Origin: Podarcis cretensis
Lineage: Eukaryota
Assembly (NCBI GenBank): GCA_951804945.1
Contig: OX638151.1
Location: 48,608,001 to 48,672,000, forward strand
Direction: 5' to 3'
DNA length: 64,000 bases
Positions within the stretch are counted from its first letter, which is position 1, and each line of letters starts with the position of its first letter. The notes beneath the pieces were generated by a model. That model did not search any database and had not been told where the DNA came from. It saw only the letters and a program-made list of their open reading frames with translations. Of this stretch, positions 26,136 to 40,189 are shown one piece after another. The position numbers and the translations under genes were made by a program.

Positions 26136-28845
26136 TAGTTCCATTATTTTTATGGCTCAATTAATGGAGGCAGTTGTGATCAATGGTAATGGGGGGACGA
26201 CCAATGAAAAAGCACATGTTTTCAAGAGGATCTGTTTTACTGGATCCAATTTCTGTGTCCTATTCTCTCTCTCTTTTTTTTTACTCATTTGTCACCCCGT
26301 TTTCTTCCCATTGACCGTTTCATTTCCTTCGCCTACTTTCCCAGATTGCCCCTCTTTCCATCTTACCTCTCTGTCGCTCCTCTTTCAGTTCAGTTGCTCA
26401 GATGCCAATCTGAGGAACTCCAAAAAGGAAGTGGGAAGGAGTTCTGCTCTTCCTACTTCAGCTCTGTGCAGCTCTTAAAAGGGGGAAAGGTAGCCATCCT
26501 CACCACTTTATGATAAAGGGGGCAGTCGGGGGGTGGGCTAAGCTCAGAGTCTTTCTGGGCACCGTTGCCCCATGGGCATCACATTGGAGACCGCAACTTA
26601 AATTGGTGCAGAATGCAGTGTCTGGAACGCTTGCAGAGCTCGTGGTTTGCTCATATTACATCTACTCTTGGCCAATTACATTGGCTGCCTGTTTTCCCCA
26701 GGCCCAGTTTAAGGCATTAAACTTAAATGGTTTGAGACCAGGTTACCTGAAGGACCACCTGAACTCTGGTCCAGAGGTGAGAGCTTTCAGGTTAGTTAGT
26801 ATAAGGGACAGGCCCTTTCCTGTGGCGGCAGCTCCATATCTGTGAAATACCCCTCTGAAGGGAAATGTATATGGCTTTTTTTTTTGTTCACCTTTTATTT
26901 TATTCCAGTCTGTATTTAGTTAATTTTTAGTGCTGGGGTTTTATAATGGTTTTGTTTGCTACTGCTATTTTTAATGTTATTTTTATTTTATTGTACTTTA
27001 ATCATTTGGATTTTTCGTGTATTGTGAAAGTTACATGATTATGTTGTAAAGCACCTTGTGAGGATAAATATCCTGAGAAGAAGATTAAAAACCCATTAAA
27101 TAAAATAAAATAAATTGGCCAACAGGCCAGAAGAAGAAGAAGGGCCCTGAGGGAGGTTTTGAGATTAAGAAAGCTAGGGAAATTTCAATATAACCTTATT
27201 AAAGTCTTCCCAAGAATGCATGTTAAACTGAGGAAATGCAATAGATTTGAACTAATAGATCTGCCATACATCGAAAAGAGAAATTTAGACAGTTTCGAGT
27301 AACAGCTTTGGTACAGTCATAAAATTTGCATATTTTATTTCATCTCTGCTTTCATAACCTGATCTCATCATATGGCACTGAAAGACATATAAAATATTTA
27401 AAATAATGGAGCTGTGTAATTGTCTCCTACTATTTTGCTCCTAATGTGAATCTACTTTGCTGTTAAGAAGCTCAAGTTGCTGAACTGGCTGTTTGCATTT
27501 AGGCAGACTGAGCCCTCAATGCATTTCTATAATAAGCTGAATTATTCCCGGTAATTGTGAATGTGGGTCCAATAAAAGCTCTCACCCAGAGCTCTATTGT
27601 TGCAGCCAATGTCTTGTGCCACTGTTACCATAGCTGTTAATGTTATTAGTGAGATGATATTAAAATGCACGTTCCTTGGTAATAAATCCAAATCCCACTT
27701 TATAAAAACCCAGCAAATAAGCTGTTGCCTTCTCTGCGATCAGTAGCACATTTTCTTCTGGTCCTAGTACATCTGCAGATGGGCACAATATTTTAAGGGT
27801 CTTTGGATGCCCATGTTTCCACCACCACTCAGAACAATTGCTGGCTCATCCTCCTCCCCAAGCTCAGTGGTGGCATCACCGGCGGGGAAAATAGAAACAT
27901 TCTATGTTCAAATCAGAAGCCAGGAAGGCTTTCATAATTCTGGGAATGTTCCTGGAAAATTGGGGCGCTTACAGGGTATGCACAGTGCTGTCATGTGACT
28001 TGCATAGGAAAACAGGAAGCAGGCTTATACTGAGTCAGACAATTGGTCCCTCTAGGTTAGTATTATCTGCTCTGACTGGCTGGTTTCTGTCAGGAGCTTT
28101 TTCAGCCCTTCCTGGAGACACCTGGGACCTGCAGGCAAAGCAAATGTTTTGCCCCTGAACTATGGCCCTTCCTGACTTCCACAAACATTAAAGTTGTGTG
28201 AACACTCTGTTTGTTACTATGTGCTTATGTGCATTTGACACTCAAAAGCTTTGCCTGTGCCCAATATATGTGAGCTTTTCCATTCATGGTCAGTGCTGAA
28301 ATAGAGCAGTCTTTCAATAAGCTTTCCTCCTGCTGCTGTTTGTCAGTTTTAATAGTATGCTAGCAGAAACAAAAAATAGCAGCATTGTTTTGAAGCTCTG
28401 TAAGAAGAACAGAGAGTTTAAGAAAGTGCCCAGTCAAACCTCAGTTTCAATACAGCACTTCTACTTTTGGTCTATACACATTTTTTTCTACTCCTGAATA
28501 TAATTAAAAATGCTCTGCTATGTAGGCAGTTCACATTTTATTTAAATTGTATTTTTTTAAAAAAAAAGAAAGAAAGAGGAATGGTAATATATATATAAAA
28601 AAGAACTTCTAACATCCTCTCCAAGGACGCAATCAAAAATACGCTCTTGTAAAAATGGTAAAACCATGTCAGGTAGACGAAGCAACATCCTGTGGGGTTG
28701 AAACCAATGCTCCAAGGTCTAGTTCTGGTTTCCTGAAAAGCATAACCTAGTTTCCTGGAAAACATGCTTCAAGGCAACTGCATAAGTAGTTTTTACTTTT
28801 TTTAAGAATAATAAACTCATGCAAACATCTGTTCTTTGAGTCTGA

Positions 28846-29000
28846 GGGGGATTGTAGCTCAGCGGAAGAGCTCGCACTTTGCATAGGGAAGGTCCCAGCT
28901 TCAGTCTCTGGCATTTGCAATTATACAGATCGGGTAGAGGGGAACGGGACAGAAACTTGGGAGAATGGCCAGCGAGAGCAGGCAATGTTGGGGGTAGATT
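28846..29000 (+). mobile_element. Degenerate tRNA-headed SINE (tRNA-Cys-like)
   Basis: ggggattgtagctcagcggaagagc..ctttgcat..gaaggtcccagcttcagtc A/B-box remnants. Related - strand copies occur near 7260-7440 and 28000-28170. Confidence 0.5.
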
Positions 29001-29020
29001 GGCAAGGCGTCGGCACTAAA

Positions 29021-29165
29021 GCCAGAGATGTAGCTCAGCTGGTCGAGAGTGAGACTCTTAATCTCAGGGTTGGGGGGTTCAAGCCCCACATTGGGCAAAC
29101 AATTCCTGCATTTCAGGGGGGTTGGACTCAGTGGCACTTGTGGCCCCTTCCAACTCTATGGTTTG
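29021..29165 (+). mobile_element. tRNA-Lys(CTT)-derived SINE with CR1-like 3' tail
   Basis: tagctcag...gagactcttaatctcaggg...ggttcaagccccacattgggc closely follows tRNA-Lys-CTT; followed by ggttggact...cccttccaactctatg (CR1 3'-end-like). Confidence 0.75.
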
Positions 29166-29884
29166 AATACAAGGCAGCCATTTGTGAAGGGAAGGGTCTC
29201 CTCTGCTGCTATCAGGTCCTTAGAAGGTTGGCATTTTCTCACATATATAGGTCCCAGGCATTCAGGACTTTATATGTCAACGTAAGAACCTTAGATTGAG
29301 CCTGGTAACATCAGTGCAAATCCTGAAATATGGGTGCCAGTGGAGACTGGTCCGCTTGGACAAAAGGAGCACAGCACTGCCCCACCAGTCTCATTCTGCC
29401 CTCAGCCAGCCACCACTTGCCTTCCTGCCTTCTTACATCCAGTCCCGGGGGTGGTACTACCTGGGGGTGGTACCAGCTGTCAGCTTCTACTTCCTTAGTC
29501 TACATGCTGCTATTATAGAACTCAGCAGGGAAGAGGAAGAATGGGACAAGATGAGAATTAGCAGTGGTTCTGACTTCACTTAATATTGGTCTCCTTGCCC
29601 TACACTCTACCAGTTCCAATGGGCACCAGCCACCACTACCAGTCAGCAATCTAGTGACAGTATATGGCACTAGCTGCAGGTTTTTGGACCACCTTCAAGG
29701 GCAGCCCTACAGAGAGGACATTGCAGTAGTAGAATTAGGAAGTTACCACAGCATGCAAAACTGGCCTGGCTATCCTTGTGCAGGAAATGCCCTAGGTGGT
29801 GAACCAACTGGGCCACGAAAAAGATAAGCCCTGGCCACAGAAGCTGGTCCTCCAGTGACAGTGTTGTTGGGTGAAAGAGATTAA

Positions 29885-30145
<261 letters not shown>

Positions 30146-30727
30146 TAGCTGTAAAAAGGAGGCCCACAATTCTCTCAAATGGATCAATAAAACACAACAG
30201 TGCAGTTGTGGTTTTCTTAAACATTTTTTCTGTAGAACTAAAATGATTTCTCCTGTACTTCTTGAGCCTTCTGCCTACATGCAAACTCACCAGTTACTTT
30301 ACTTGTATAGTGAAATGGTGAGAATGTGTTATTAAAGCCAGTTCATTTTAGAGTGTGAATTGAGTTCAAGGTAGACTTGGATTACTGCCTATTAGTTTGC
30401 CACAGTTTGAGTCTCTGACTCAGAATAGATGTTCAGCCCATAAACTAATCAGATTTCCTTCTAAAGCTTTCAAGCGAAACTTTTCAGATCCATTTAAATC
30501 CTCAGGAGACTTCAATGGGTGTGGTTTCTGCTTTTTTCTGTGTGGTGGTAGCTGCTCTGAACTCCCTTTCCTCTAATCATGTTAATCTCCAATGAAGTCT
30601 TTTCTGACCTGAAGTAAACAGTTTTCTGGCAAATCTCATGGGGAGCAAGATTGCATACGCTGCTGCCAACAACCTCCATCTTCTTCACAGAACTTTTTGA
30701 TCATAGCAATGCCTTTTCATTTAATAA

Positions 30728-31030
<303 letters not shown>

Positions 31031-31821
31031 TAAATGAATAATGATTGCCTAAAAAGATGTCCTCTGTCATGGACACACCAATTAGGAAGGTCGACAAGAA
31101 TCATATTCTCTCTTTAAAAAAGAAAAAGAAAAGAAAATACATAGGAAATTCCCGACTGCTCAGATACAACTAAGTGCAGGGCCACCAAGAGACTTAACCA
31201 TATAGCGATACAAACCCACATGATCTGCACCTCTGGAGATTACTCCCTGTGCTTCAATAGAAAGCTAAGTATCTTGTGTTTCTTTCCTTCTTTATTTTAT
31301 TATTATAATAAGAAACAATGCAGGGGGGAAAAGATAAAACACAGCTTTAAAAAAAGAAAATTAACAATGTATCATCACACAAATAACAATATATGATTAA
31401 CATACTGTTGAAAGTCTACCTGTGATCATTTCATTTTTCCTGAATATTTTATTTATCACATTCTTGATAGTGCATGTGGTTGAAGTTTTTCTTGCATTCT
31501 GTTGCACCAATGCTTTACAGACATCAAGAAACAATCTGTTGATTTGTCTACCTTCCCTTGCCCTTCACTCTATGAGTAAATGTTACCATATACAAAGAGT
31601 TATAACTTTTCCCCAGTGAAGATGGGTGAGTATATGTACTGCAGTTAACAAATGGATTACCATATTATTACCGACACATATTATTTGTTCCGGTATGTAT
31701 CCTGTTGAGCCTTGTAGTTGTTAAATACCATCAAAAAACAAATGCATAAAGCTTTCCTTTAAAATTTGCGCTTAAGGTGTTTTGGGGAGCATGTTGGCAT
31801 ATCCATATGTTTGCTTTTTAG

Positions 31822-32097
<276 letters not shown>

Positions 32098-32485
32098 TAA
32101 GCTGGTGACACCGCAGCAGATGTTCAGTCACATCTGGAAATGAGTTTGTGTGTGTGCGTGTTCTTTTGTAGGGGGAGCAGTGCTCTCAAAATATATAAAT
32201 TGCTTGGGGACGTACAGCTTTTTCCTCTTAACGCCCTTCACTCCAGCCCAAGGTTTGTGTACACCTGAGTTGGGTCAGAAGAGAAAGTGTGCTGAGTGGC
32301 CAGCCTGCCCTCCCTTTAAACAAGTGTGAAGGCTCTGTGTGCGGAACTTCTTGTTCTGTTAAAACAAAATAGAGCATCTCCTTGTTGTATTTGCTGCTTT
32401 CCTGGAGCTCTTCCTTTCAGGAATCAAAGCACAGTGCAATCCACAGGGCCTTGTGTTTACTCTGCTGATAGTATTTATTTGCCAC

Positions 32486-32837
32486 CAAGTGGCACTGTGG
32501 GTTAAACCACAGAGCCTAGGACTTGCCGATCAGAAGGTCAGCGGTTCGAATCCCCGCGACGGGGTGAGCTCCCATTGCTCGGTCCCTGTTCCTGCCAATG
32601 TAGCAGTTCGAAAGCACGTCAAAGTGCAAGTAGATAAATAGGTACCGCTCCAGCAGGAAGGTAAACGGCGTTTCCGTGCGCTGCTCTGATTTGCCAGAAG
32701 CGGCTTAGTCATGCTGGCCACATGACCCGGAAGCTGTACGCCGGCTCCCTCAGCCAATAAAGCGAGATGATCGCCGCAACCCCAGAGTTGGTCATGACTG
32801 GACCTAATGGTCAGGGGGTACCTTTACCTTTACCTTT
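32486..32837 (+). mobile_element. Sauria SINE
   Basis: gtggcactgtgggttaaacc head, B box and (ACCTTT)3 tail; no clear TSD. Confidence 0.88.
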
Positions 32838-33344
32838 AAAGTTAACAGAAAAAGTAAAAAAAGTGGTACACACATATAAATGTTTGAATGCTAATGAAAC
32901 CATAAAATCTTACACAACATAAAACTCACAAACTGAAAGTAACAACCAGAAAACAGAAGTTGACAGCAGTACAGTGCCAAACTACAGAACTTACAAAAAG
33001 ATGTGGGTGGGGAAATAAAAAGTGCCTTCAGCTGGTGCCCCAAAGGCCAATGTCATCTGTGGAAGGCATTCTATTGCTGGGCTGCCACCACAGAAAGGGC
33101 CCTGTTTGACATCTGTTCCTCTGCTTCAGTGATTCTGGTCTTGAGTCATTGTTGCCTGCTGAATTCCTTGCATTTCCTATATTCAGGTAGCTGCTAACTG
33201 AGGGAGGCTTACTGTGACAAAGTGTCCTTCATGAACAATGGAAGACTTTCCCCCTCCTCACTGCTATGAGTCCTTTTTTATAGCCAGCTGTGGGTGCGCC
33301 TGACAATTTTGGGGTCCCTTTTTGTTCCCTTGTATTTTAAACAG

Positions 33345-33523
33345 GATGCGGAAAGACTGCCATCCAAGCCACAACAGTGGAGGAAACCTTGAGGAAGGAG
33401 CGAGTAGAAATGGATCTTCCAGCAGCAATCCAGTTAATAATTCAAGTCAGAGCAGCAGTGCCCAGCATACGAGGAACAGCACACCCCAGCTGCAGCCTTC
33501 TTTAAAAATTGCTCAGTTTTCAG
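33345..33523 (+). CDS. PCNX2: PCNX2 coding exon; MRKDCHPSHNSGGNLEEG...KIAQFS
   Basis: ttttaaacag|G acceptor and G|gtattt donor; 179 nt; phase 2 in and phase 1 out, consistent with neighbouring exons. Confidence 0.88.
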
Positions 33524-36500
33524 GTATTTACACTATTCATTTATTTTACTTTTTGCTTTACAATATCTATCAGCAGGAGTGCACCAAAGGTAAGATTCGG
33601 TTCAGGACACTCTTGGGTGCTTCAGAAAGTGGGCCAGTTCAACTTGGACTGCTTTCAGGAATGACCTGCTTCTCCCTGGATCCGAATCGGAACCTCATTT
33701 TGGAAAATCCGCAGTCTTTTATATCTCCTTATTGACTTACACAGGTGTCAGGTGTGGAGGTGGTTGCTCGTGAGTAACCAGGGAGGGTTCTGACCTGTCT
33801 TTTACAGGTTTTATTTGTGCAAACTATTTACAGTGCAGAACCCCAAAGTTCATGTCTGTCTCAGTCACTTGCAGATTCTGGGAGTGCCCCTTTCCAGTTT
33901 CTCCCCCAGCATAAGAACTTAGACACCCCAAATCTCCGCCTCCCCTCCTTACGTTTCACCCCTCTGCACAAGCAGGGAAATGGAAGCAGCATGGCTGCCT
34001 CCTGGCCGGCTGAGCTAGGTGAGGCACTTGGGCTCCCTGTCGCATCTTCGAGCCCTCCCGTCACCCGGCTACCCACCTCCCCCTCGGCTCCACTGGAGGT
34101 GTGGCTTTCTCCACTGCCAGACGAGGACCTGCTTCTCAGAATCACCGGAGGCTCTCTGTATCCCTCTGCGTCCCTCTCCCATCCTGATGGCAGTGCCCTG
34201 ACAGCAAGCAAATGAACAAATGGCTATAACTTTTTGACCAAACTGGGTGGCATTGGCTGGGGTACTAGTCATTTCTGAGCAGTTGAAGATGGCTAAAGAT
34301 CAGACAAATAGGTGCAGAAGTTTCTATGATACTTTCTATGAATATCTCTTTATGTGCCCTTGCAAGGATGAAATGGTCCAGTAGGAGATATTGGATTTGT
34401 TGAACCTTCAAGTTAGCTGCATTTGCTATATTTAGGTATAGATTATACAGCTGCTTGCTGAAACTTCAAGTCCTTGCCATTAGTAGGCAAGGCTGGAAAT
34501 GATCTTCCCGTAAATGAAAACTGCAAGATTAGAATTGCTGCTGCGTCTTCTAACTTGGCCTAACTGAACACATATGACTGTTTATTCTTGTAAACTAGTG
34601 CTGGAATAATTGGGAAGGCAGGCTTAATTGCAATATAATAATCATGAGATGCCCAAGTGGGTTTAAATGTTTCTTAATTTAATATTTAATTATATTGGCA
34701 TCCGCAAAATTCGGTTATAGTTGTTTTTTATGACCTGAGTAGAACCAGGCACAATGGGAGTGGGTTAGACGCCTCAAAAAAGTGTCTTAGGTGTATAGGG
34801 GAGCCTTTGTTTTCTAAATGTTTGCAGATATTTGGTTATTTATGTGCAAATATGGGTGGTCTACTGTACAGCACTGCAACCATTTAATTAAAAGACAAAT
34901 ATGCAATATTTCTGGACAGTGGTCAGCTTAGCTGCTGAAATTGTGAACAGATGTTTGGCCACACTTGATTCTGAACATCAGGGTACCAGATTCCCTTGTT
35001 TCACTTCCTAGCTGTAATTTTTTATATAAAGGTATTAACATTAAAATAATCAACAGACCCAGAAACAGAATTTAATCCAGACTCTGAGCTTGAAGAAGCG
35101 AATGTTCAAAATAAGGGTATTGTTGCAGCAGAAGTTTGCTGTGAAGGCCTGCATCTAATTACAGTTTAAAGTGGAAGATTCCCTCCAGTTCTCTTCCAAA
35201 CTGCAGCGCTATCTGAGGATGCATGTTCAAAGGTGTGCCAGATGATTAATAGCGTTGCGCCTCTTTAATAGGAACCACAGGGCTTAGACTCGGGGGCCAC
35301 CACAACCTGTCAGGCCAGCTCTGAAAATAGGCTGTTTGTTATTTTAAGCAGAAAAAGTAGAAATGCTTACTGGTGCATTGCTAATAGGTGAGCAAGATGC
35401 ACATCCAGTTCCGTATTGCTGATTTTAATGATTTTTTTAAAAAAATGTTTTAAATAGTTTGTCTTTACTGATAATTTTACTGTTTTATTATTTTTTGTAA
35501 GCTGCTTTGAGGGTTTTTTTTACAATCACTTAGTATATAAATTTTATGAGTAATGTATATACATTTACATCCCCCCCAAAAGTGGCTAGGCTACTCATTA
35601 AACAGGAACAGCGTTAACAGTATATGTTCATTACATTCCATCAGCATCCCACGAGGTTAAGTTCCCTGTTCCACTAGAGAATAGTGGGTTGGTTTTTATT
35701 TACCAGGAGATGACCTCACATTTGCGATGACAGCATGTAGCTTGTTTTGCTACTAGTCATGTCGAAAGCCCTAAAGGGGGTTGATTCTTTCTCAGCTTAA
35801 GCATATAACCATGACCATTGGTTCAATTCCAGTTAGTGTGAATGATTTATAGATTTTGCTATTACTGGAATATTTTAATTTTAATAACACAGAATCGCCA
35901 AGTGGCCTGCATTACTTGCATATTATTATATTGCAATGTGAACCAGTCTCTCCTTTTGACTGCTGCTACTTTTTACTATCCAAGAACTCCTTCTCATGAC
36001 AGCAGGGAAGATTTCCAATTGCACCTGAGCCTCTGAAGTCATTTGCTCCAACCCAGTCCTTTGAGTTTCTATACTAGTAATGTTAAATCAGGATGCTTCA
36101 GCAGGTGCCCTTGTGCTGGTATTGCAAGCTGATCCAGGTACTCTGATGCAATTGTATATCTCAGTGTCCTGAATTAGAGCTGCATCACGAGAGCATCTCA
36201 CACAAACCCTTTGCATGGCACACAGTTAAGGACCGGCTGTGTCTGCGCTGCATCGTCAGAGCAACTCCAGGTGACTCAGAGTTAGCGGTGCTCTTTTGTT
36301 AGGAGTTTCACCATCATCATCATTTTATTTGAATACCGCCTTTCCATAGTTGAAACTGTGCTCAAGGTGGCTTATGACATGACAAGATTTACATAATTAC
36401 AAACATGACAGAAGTCATAAACAATAAAGAAAACATCAAAAAGTACACAACCAAACGGAAACAATTTCCACGTAAATCATAAGATCTAAAACTAAAGATG

Positions 36501-37005
36501 CAACAATAATATCAATAAACAATACTCCAGCCCAAGAATTTGTTCAACAGCTTCAGCTTTTGTAGCTGGAGTCAGTCAGCATTCCACTCTCCCAGGCCAG
36601 GTGGGAAAGGGTCAGCAAGGCAGGGTGCAGATCTTCCAGGGCTCACAGCCAAGATGGTCTCATTTAAAACAACACAGATTAAAATTAAAAACAATTTAAA
36701 AGCAGCTGCAGTCCTTGTGAAGTCTGTCAAGCCCTGCTCTAAGCCAGGTGGAAAGAGGCAAGGACAGGGTTCTTTGGGCCCTCAGCAGGCAGTCCTCCTA
36801 GGTAGCAGCAGCAGTCCTTAAGAGCCTGAGTTTGCTGTGCACAAGGTATCTGTGGAGCTGTTGCTTTGTTGGGTTTGTTTGCTTCCCTTCCTCCAAAAAG
36901 CTCCAAGCAGCAACTGTCAGGTTTGTCAACTTTTATTCCCACACAACAGCCCTGTAAAATAGGTTAAGCAGACAGACAGACACACACACACACCCTACCT
37001 GAACT

Positions 37006-37152
37006 CAGTGGCGTAGCGTGGGGGGTGCAGGGGGGGCCGGCCGCACCGGGCGCAACATCTGGGGGTTAGGGTTAGGGGGCGCAAATCCATGGGTTAGGGG
37101 GCGCAAATTACTTGCCTTGCCCCGGGTGCTGACAACCCAAGCTACGCCGCTG
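37006..37152. mobile_element. hAT (Tip100-like) MITE containing TTAGGG units, inserted in a MIR-like SINE
   Basis: TIR cagtggcgtagc / gctacgccgctg; 8-bp TSD cctgaact. Confidence 0.85.
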
Positions 37153-38873
37153 CCTGAACTTAAAGGCTGAGTCAGTGTGAACCCAAGTCTCACCCATTAA
37201 AGTCCAGCACTTGTGTTCCTGCACTAGACTGGTTTTCAGTGTCCCTCCAAGCCCCTATGCACATATACCTAGAGGATGGGGGCTTCAAGAGGTGCATAGG
37301 ATTGAAAATTTATTTCTTGCAGGATTGCTGAGCAAAACTTGCTGTTCTTGTGCAGAGAAGCAAAAGATGATCCATAAGAGTTCCTAGGAACCTAATGACT
37401 ATTACATGCAACAGGGATAAGGAAATGTTGCACTCCAGATTCAGTTAGACTCCAGTTCCCATCAGCCCCAGTCAGCACAGCTAACAGTGGGGGCAGAGGC
37501 AATTCTAGGGTGGTGCGACTGGTGTGGCAGCACCGGGTGCTGCTCTGCAGAGGGTGCAACAGAAATGCTGTAGAGCAGAGCACAAGAGAATTTTAGCGTT
37601 ACGCAGGGCACCACTGAAATTAGAGGGCCCAAAGTCTGCCACTGGTGGGGGATAATCGGAATTATGGTTCAGCAACATGTTGGTTCCCTGTCCGTGTCTT
37701 GCAAATCTGCTAGTCCATGGTAATGGCTGTGACATCAAAAGATTTGGGCGGCAAACATTTTAATTTATTTGAATAACAGAGCCAATGTTCAGTGTTGCTT
37801 TCAAAACACAGGTATAAAAGCAGCATGGGGAAGCCACAAATGGCACATGTAAGATCCCTGCTGTTAATGTTACAGAGACATTTGCTCAAGCAGATGTTCT
37901 GGGCATTCAGGACTTGTTTGTTTCTTGTCTCAACAACTCATATGGAAGAGGCGAAAAGAAACCTAGATATTACTTCCACTGTTAAATTACTCCTGCTGCT
38001 CAGTTAACCTCTTCCCAATTCAGCGAGTACAGCCAAGGCACTCCAAGGGGAAATCTTGGCTTCTCCACAGTTGTAAGGACAATTAATGTGAAGAGCAGGG
38101 GGCGGCGGTTCAAATAGGTCAACTCAGTACTGCTTTCTGATATCAACAATAAAGATTCACCACATTCTCAGGTCTCTCTGTTCAGAGATCCAGCGTCATT
38201 CTGCTCAACCTTCTCTTGTTTCATGGTCTTATGCCTATAGTCATTGTATTGGTAATGTTTGCACTGGTGCTTTCTGTCCACTTTTGGTGACCCTTCCCTG
38301 CTTCCACTCTGCTCCCAATACTTTCCTCTTGCTCTCCTCTCATTCCATGTTTGACACTGATCAAGACAGCAGATGGGCAATCGCATCTAAAATCTGTAAG
38401 GTAGAGTTATGCTTGCACAAGCCCACTTCCGAGGTAAGTCCCAACCCATTCAGAGCCAAGGGATTGTGTGTTGGATTGTGACCATTGCTTATAAGACTGT
38501 TCCTGCGCCAAAGCTGGAATCCTAAAGATACTTGGAGACTTGGAAGTGAGTCTCATTGCAATCTGTGGGATTTACTTTCAATAAAGCACAGTTAAGAACT
38601 GCTGTAAAAGTCTTGGATATTTTGCCATGGAATTGCATTGGAATGGATGCATAGTTTGGATGATGTCACCGACTAGTTGGCCAGATTGCCAGTAGCACTA
38701 TAATTTTCTGTATCCCTAAAGCTCTCTGGGATTTTCAGGATAAAAAACTGTTAATTGTTATCCTTTGTACTTCCTACTGTGCACTAATTGGATCGAGGCG
38801 GTACGTTTTGAAGGCTATTGCTGGAGCTGTCATTTCCCAAAATAATCCTTTCTTCTCTCCCTCTCTCTCACAG

Positions 38874-39334
38874 GCAGAAGAAAGTTCAGGAGCCAGTCTG
38901 TTCAGACACATGCTGCCTTAAACCAAAGGCCCCCTCGTTCGAGTCATTCTGGTCCCATCGTAGACAGCCACCAGCCATTCATCCAGACTTCCACTTCTGC
39001 TCATGAAATTGCCCAAGGGCTTTCTGGCAGCCAGCTGTCCTTCCACAATTCAGCAACTTCCGTCTTCTCCCAGACTCCTGCCATCCCTACCCTGGGCCAG
39101 CTCACTGTGCAGGAGAGAGCTGGCGCGATGCTCCGCTCAAGCCTGGCTTCTTCCACCAGTTCAACGCTCAGCCTTTTATTTGGCAAGAGAAGCTTTTCGA
39201 GCGCTTTGGTTATTTCAGGGCTCTCGGCTGCCGATGGAGGAAACACCACAGACACCCAGTCGTCCAGCAGTGTTAACATCGCAATGGGACCGTCTGCCAG
39301 AGCAGCAAGCCGTACTATGCAAGAGACCACGCGG
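38874..39334 (+). CDS. PCNX2: PCNX2 penultimate coding exon; RRKFRSQSVQ...SSTSSTLSLLFGKRSFSSALVISGLSAADGGN...ETTR
   Basis: Strong pyrimidine tract plus cacag| acceptor and CGG|gtaaga donor; 461 nt, open; matches the recalled PCNX2-specific Ser-rich tail. Confidence 0.92.
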
Positions 39335-40189
39335 GTAAGAAAAGGCTACCAGAAATGCCACTGGCGGATATTTTTCTATTGACTCATTCACCCCAGTGCC
39401 CCACTTAGTCCACGCAAGCCTCCTCCTCGCTATGTGGAGTGTGAAAGCAATAAGGATTTTGATAGAGAGCTGTTGAGCAACTCCCTCTCTGTTGGGAACA
39501 GAGCACTACTCGTATTAATATCACATCATCTGAGATTACCAGATGGAGACAAAGTAGTGGAGTATTCTAAAAGGATAATGGAGGTCTCAGAGCTGTCATG
39601 TCAAATAAGGCATGGGATGCTTTCCTCAGGAATAGATTGGCATCCTAATACTACAAGTCTGCTGTAAATTTGGCAAGCTGGCTGGCACTGTGACATTCTC
39701 GCTCCGCTTTTCCAGTCAGAAGCAACCCAAAACCCGTTTGCTAAATATGGTATTAGGACTTAATAAGCTAGTGATTTAAGGGATCCTTGCCAATACTGCC
39801 TCTTTCTCTGCTTTGTCTCGGCAAAAGCCGTATCAAATACTGTACTGCAACAGGCCTTCCCTCAGTGATTGCTCTACTGTGGCTGAGGTAAAATCCCAGC
39901 CCAGAATTTACATCTTGGCCAGGATCTAAACATGAGCTTATCTAAGATGCTTCCAGGGGTGCACACGGATGCAACTGATTTTCCATTCTTCCTCCCACCC
40001 TCTGTGTGCTCCTGTGGATGGACTCTGACATCTCCAAGAACAGCTTTTTTTATTAAATTATTTATTAATTCCAATTATTTATATCCCATTCTTTAGCTCC
40101 CAGAGTGGCTTACAAAGCAATGCAACACAGAGGCATTTGGGGGGACGGGACCAAGGTGAAAACACAGACCTAGACATCCTTGGTGCCTA

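Noticed and set aside
29021-29097. Possible functional tRNA-Lys(CTT) gene
   Set aside because: The acceptor, D and T arms are mutated and the sequence continues into a CR1-like tail, so it is a SINE.
33524-33735. In-frame read-through extension of PCNX2 exon 33345
   Set aside because: A canonical donor at 33524 joins exon 38874 in the correct phase; the extension has intron-like composition.
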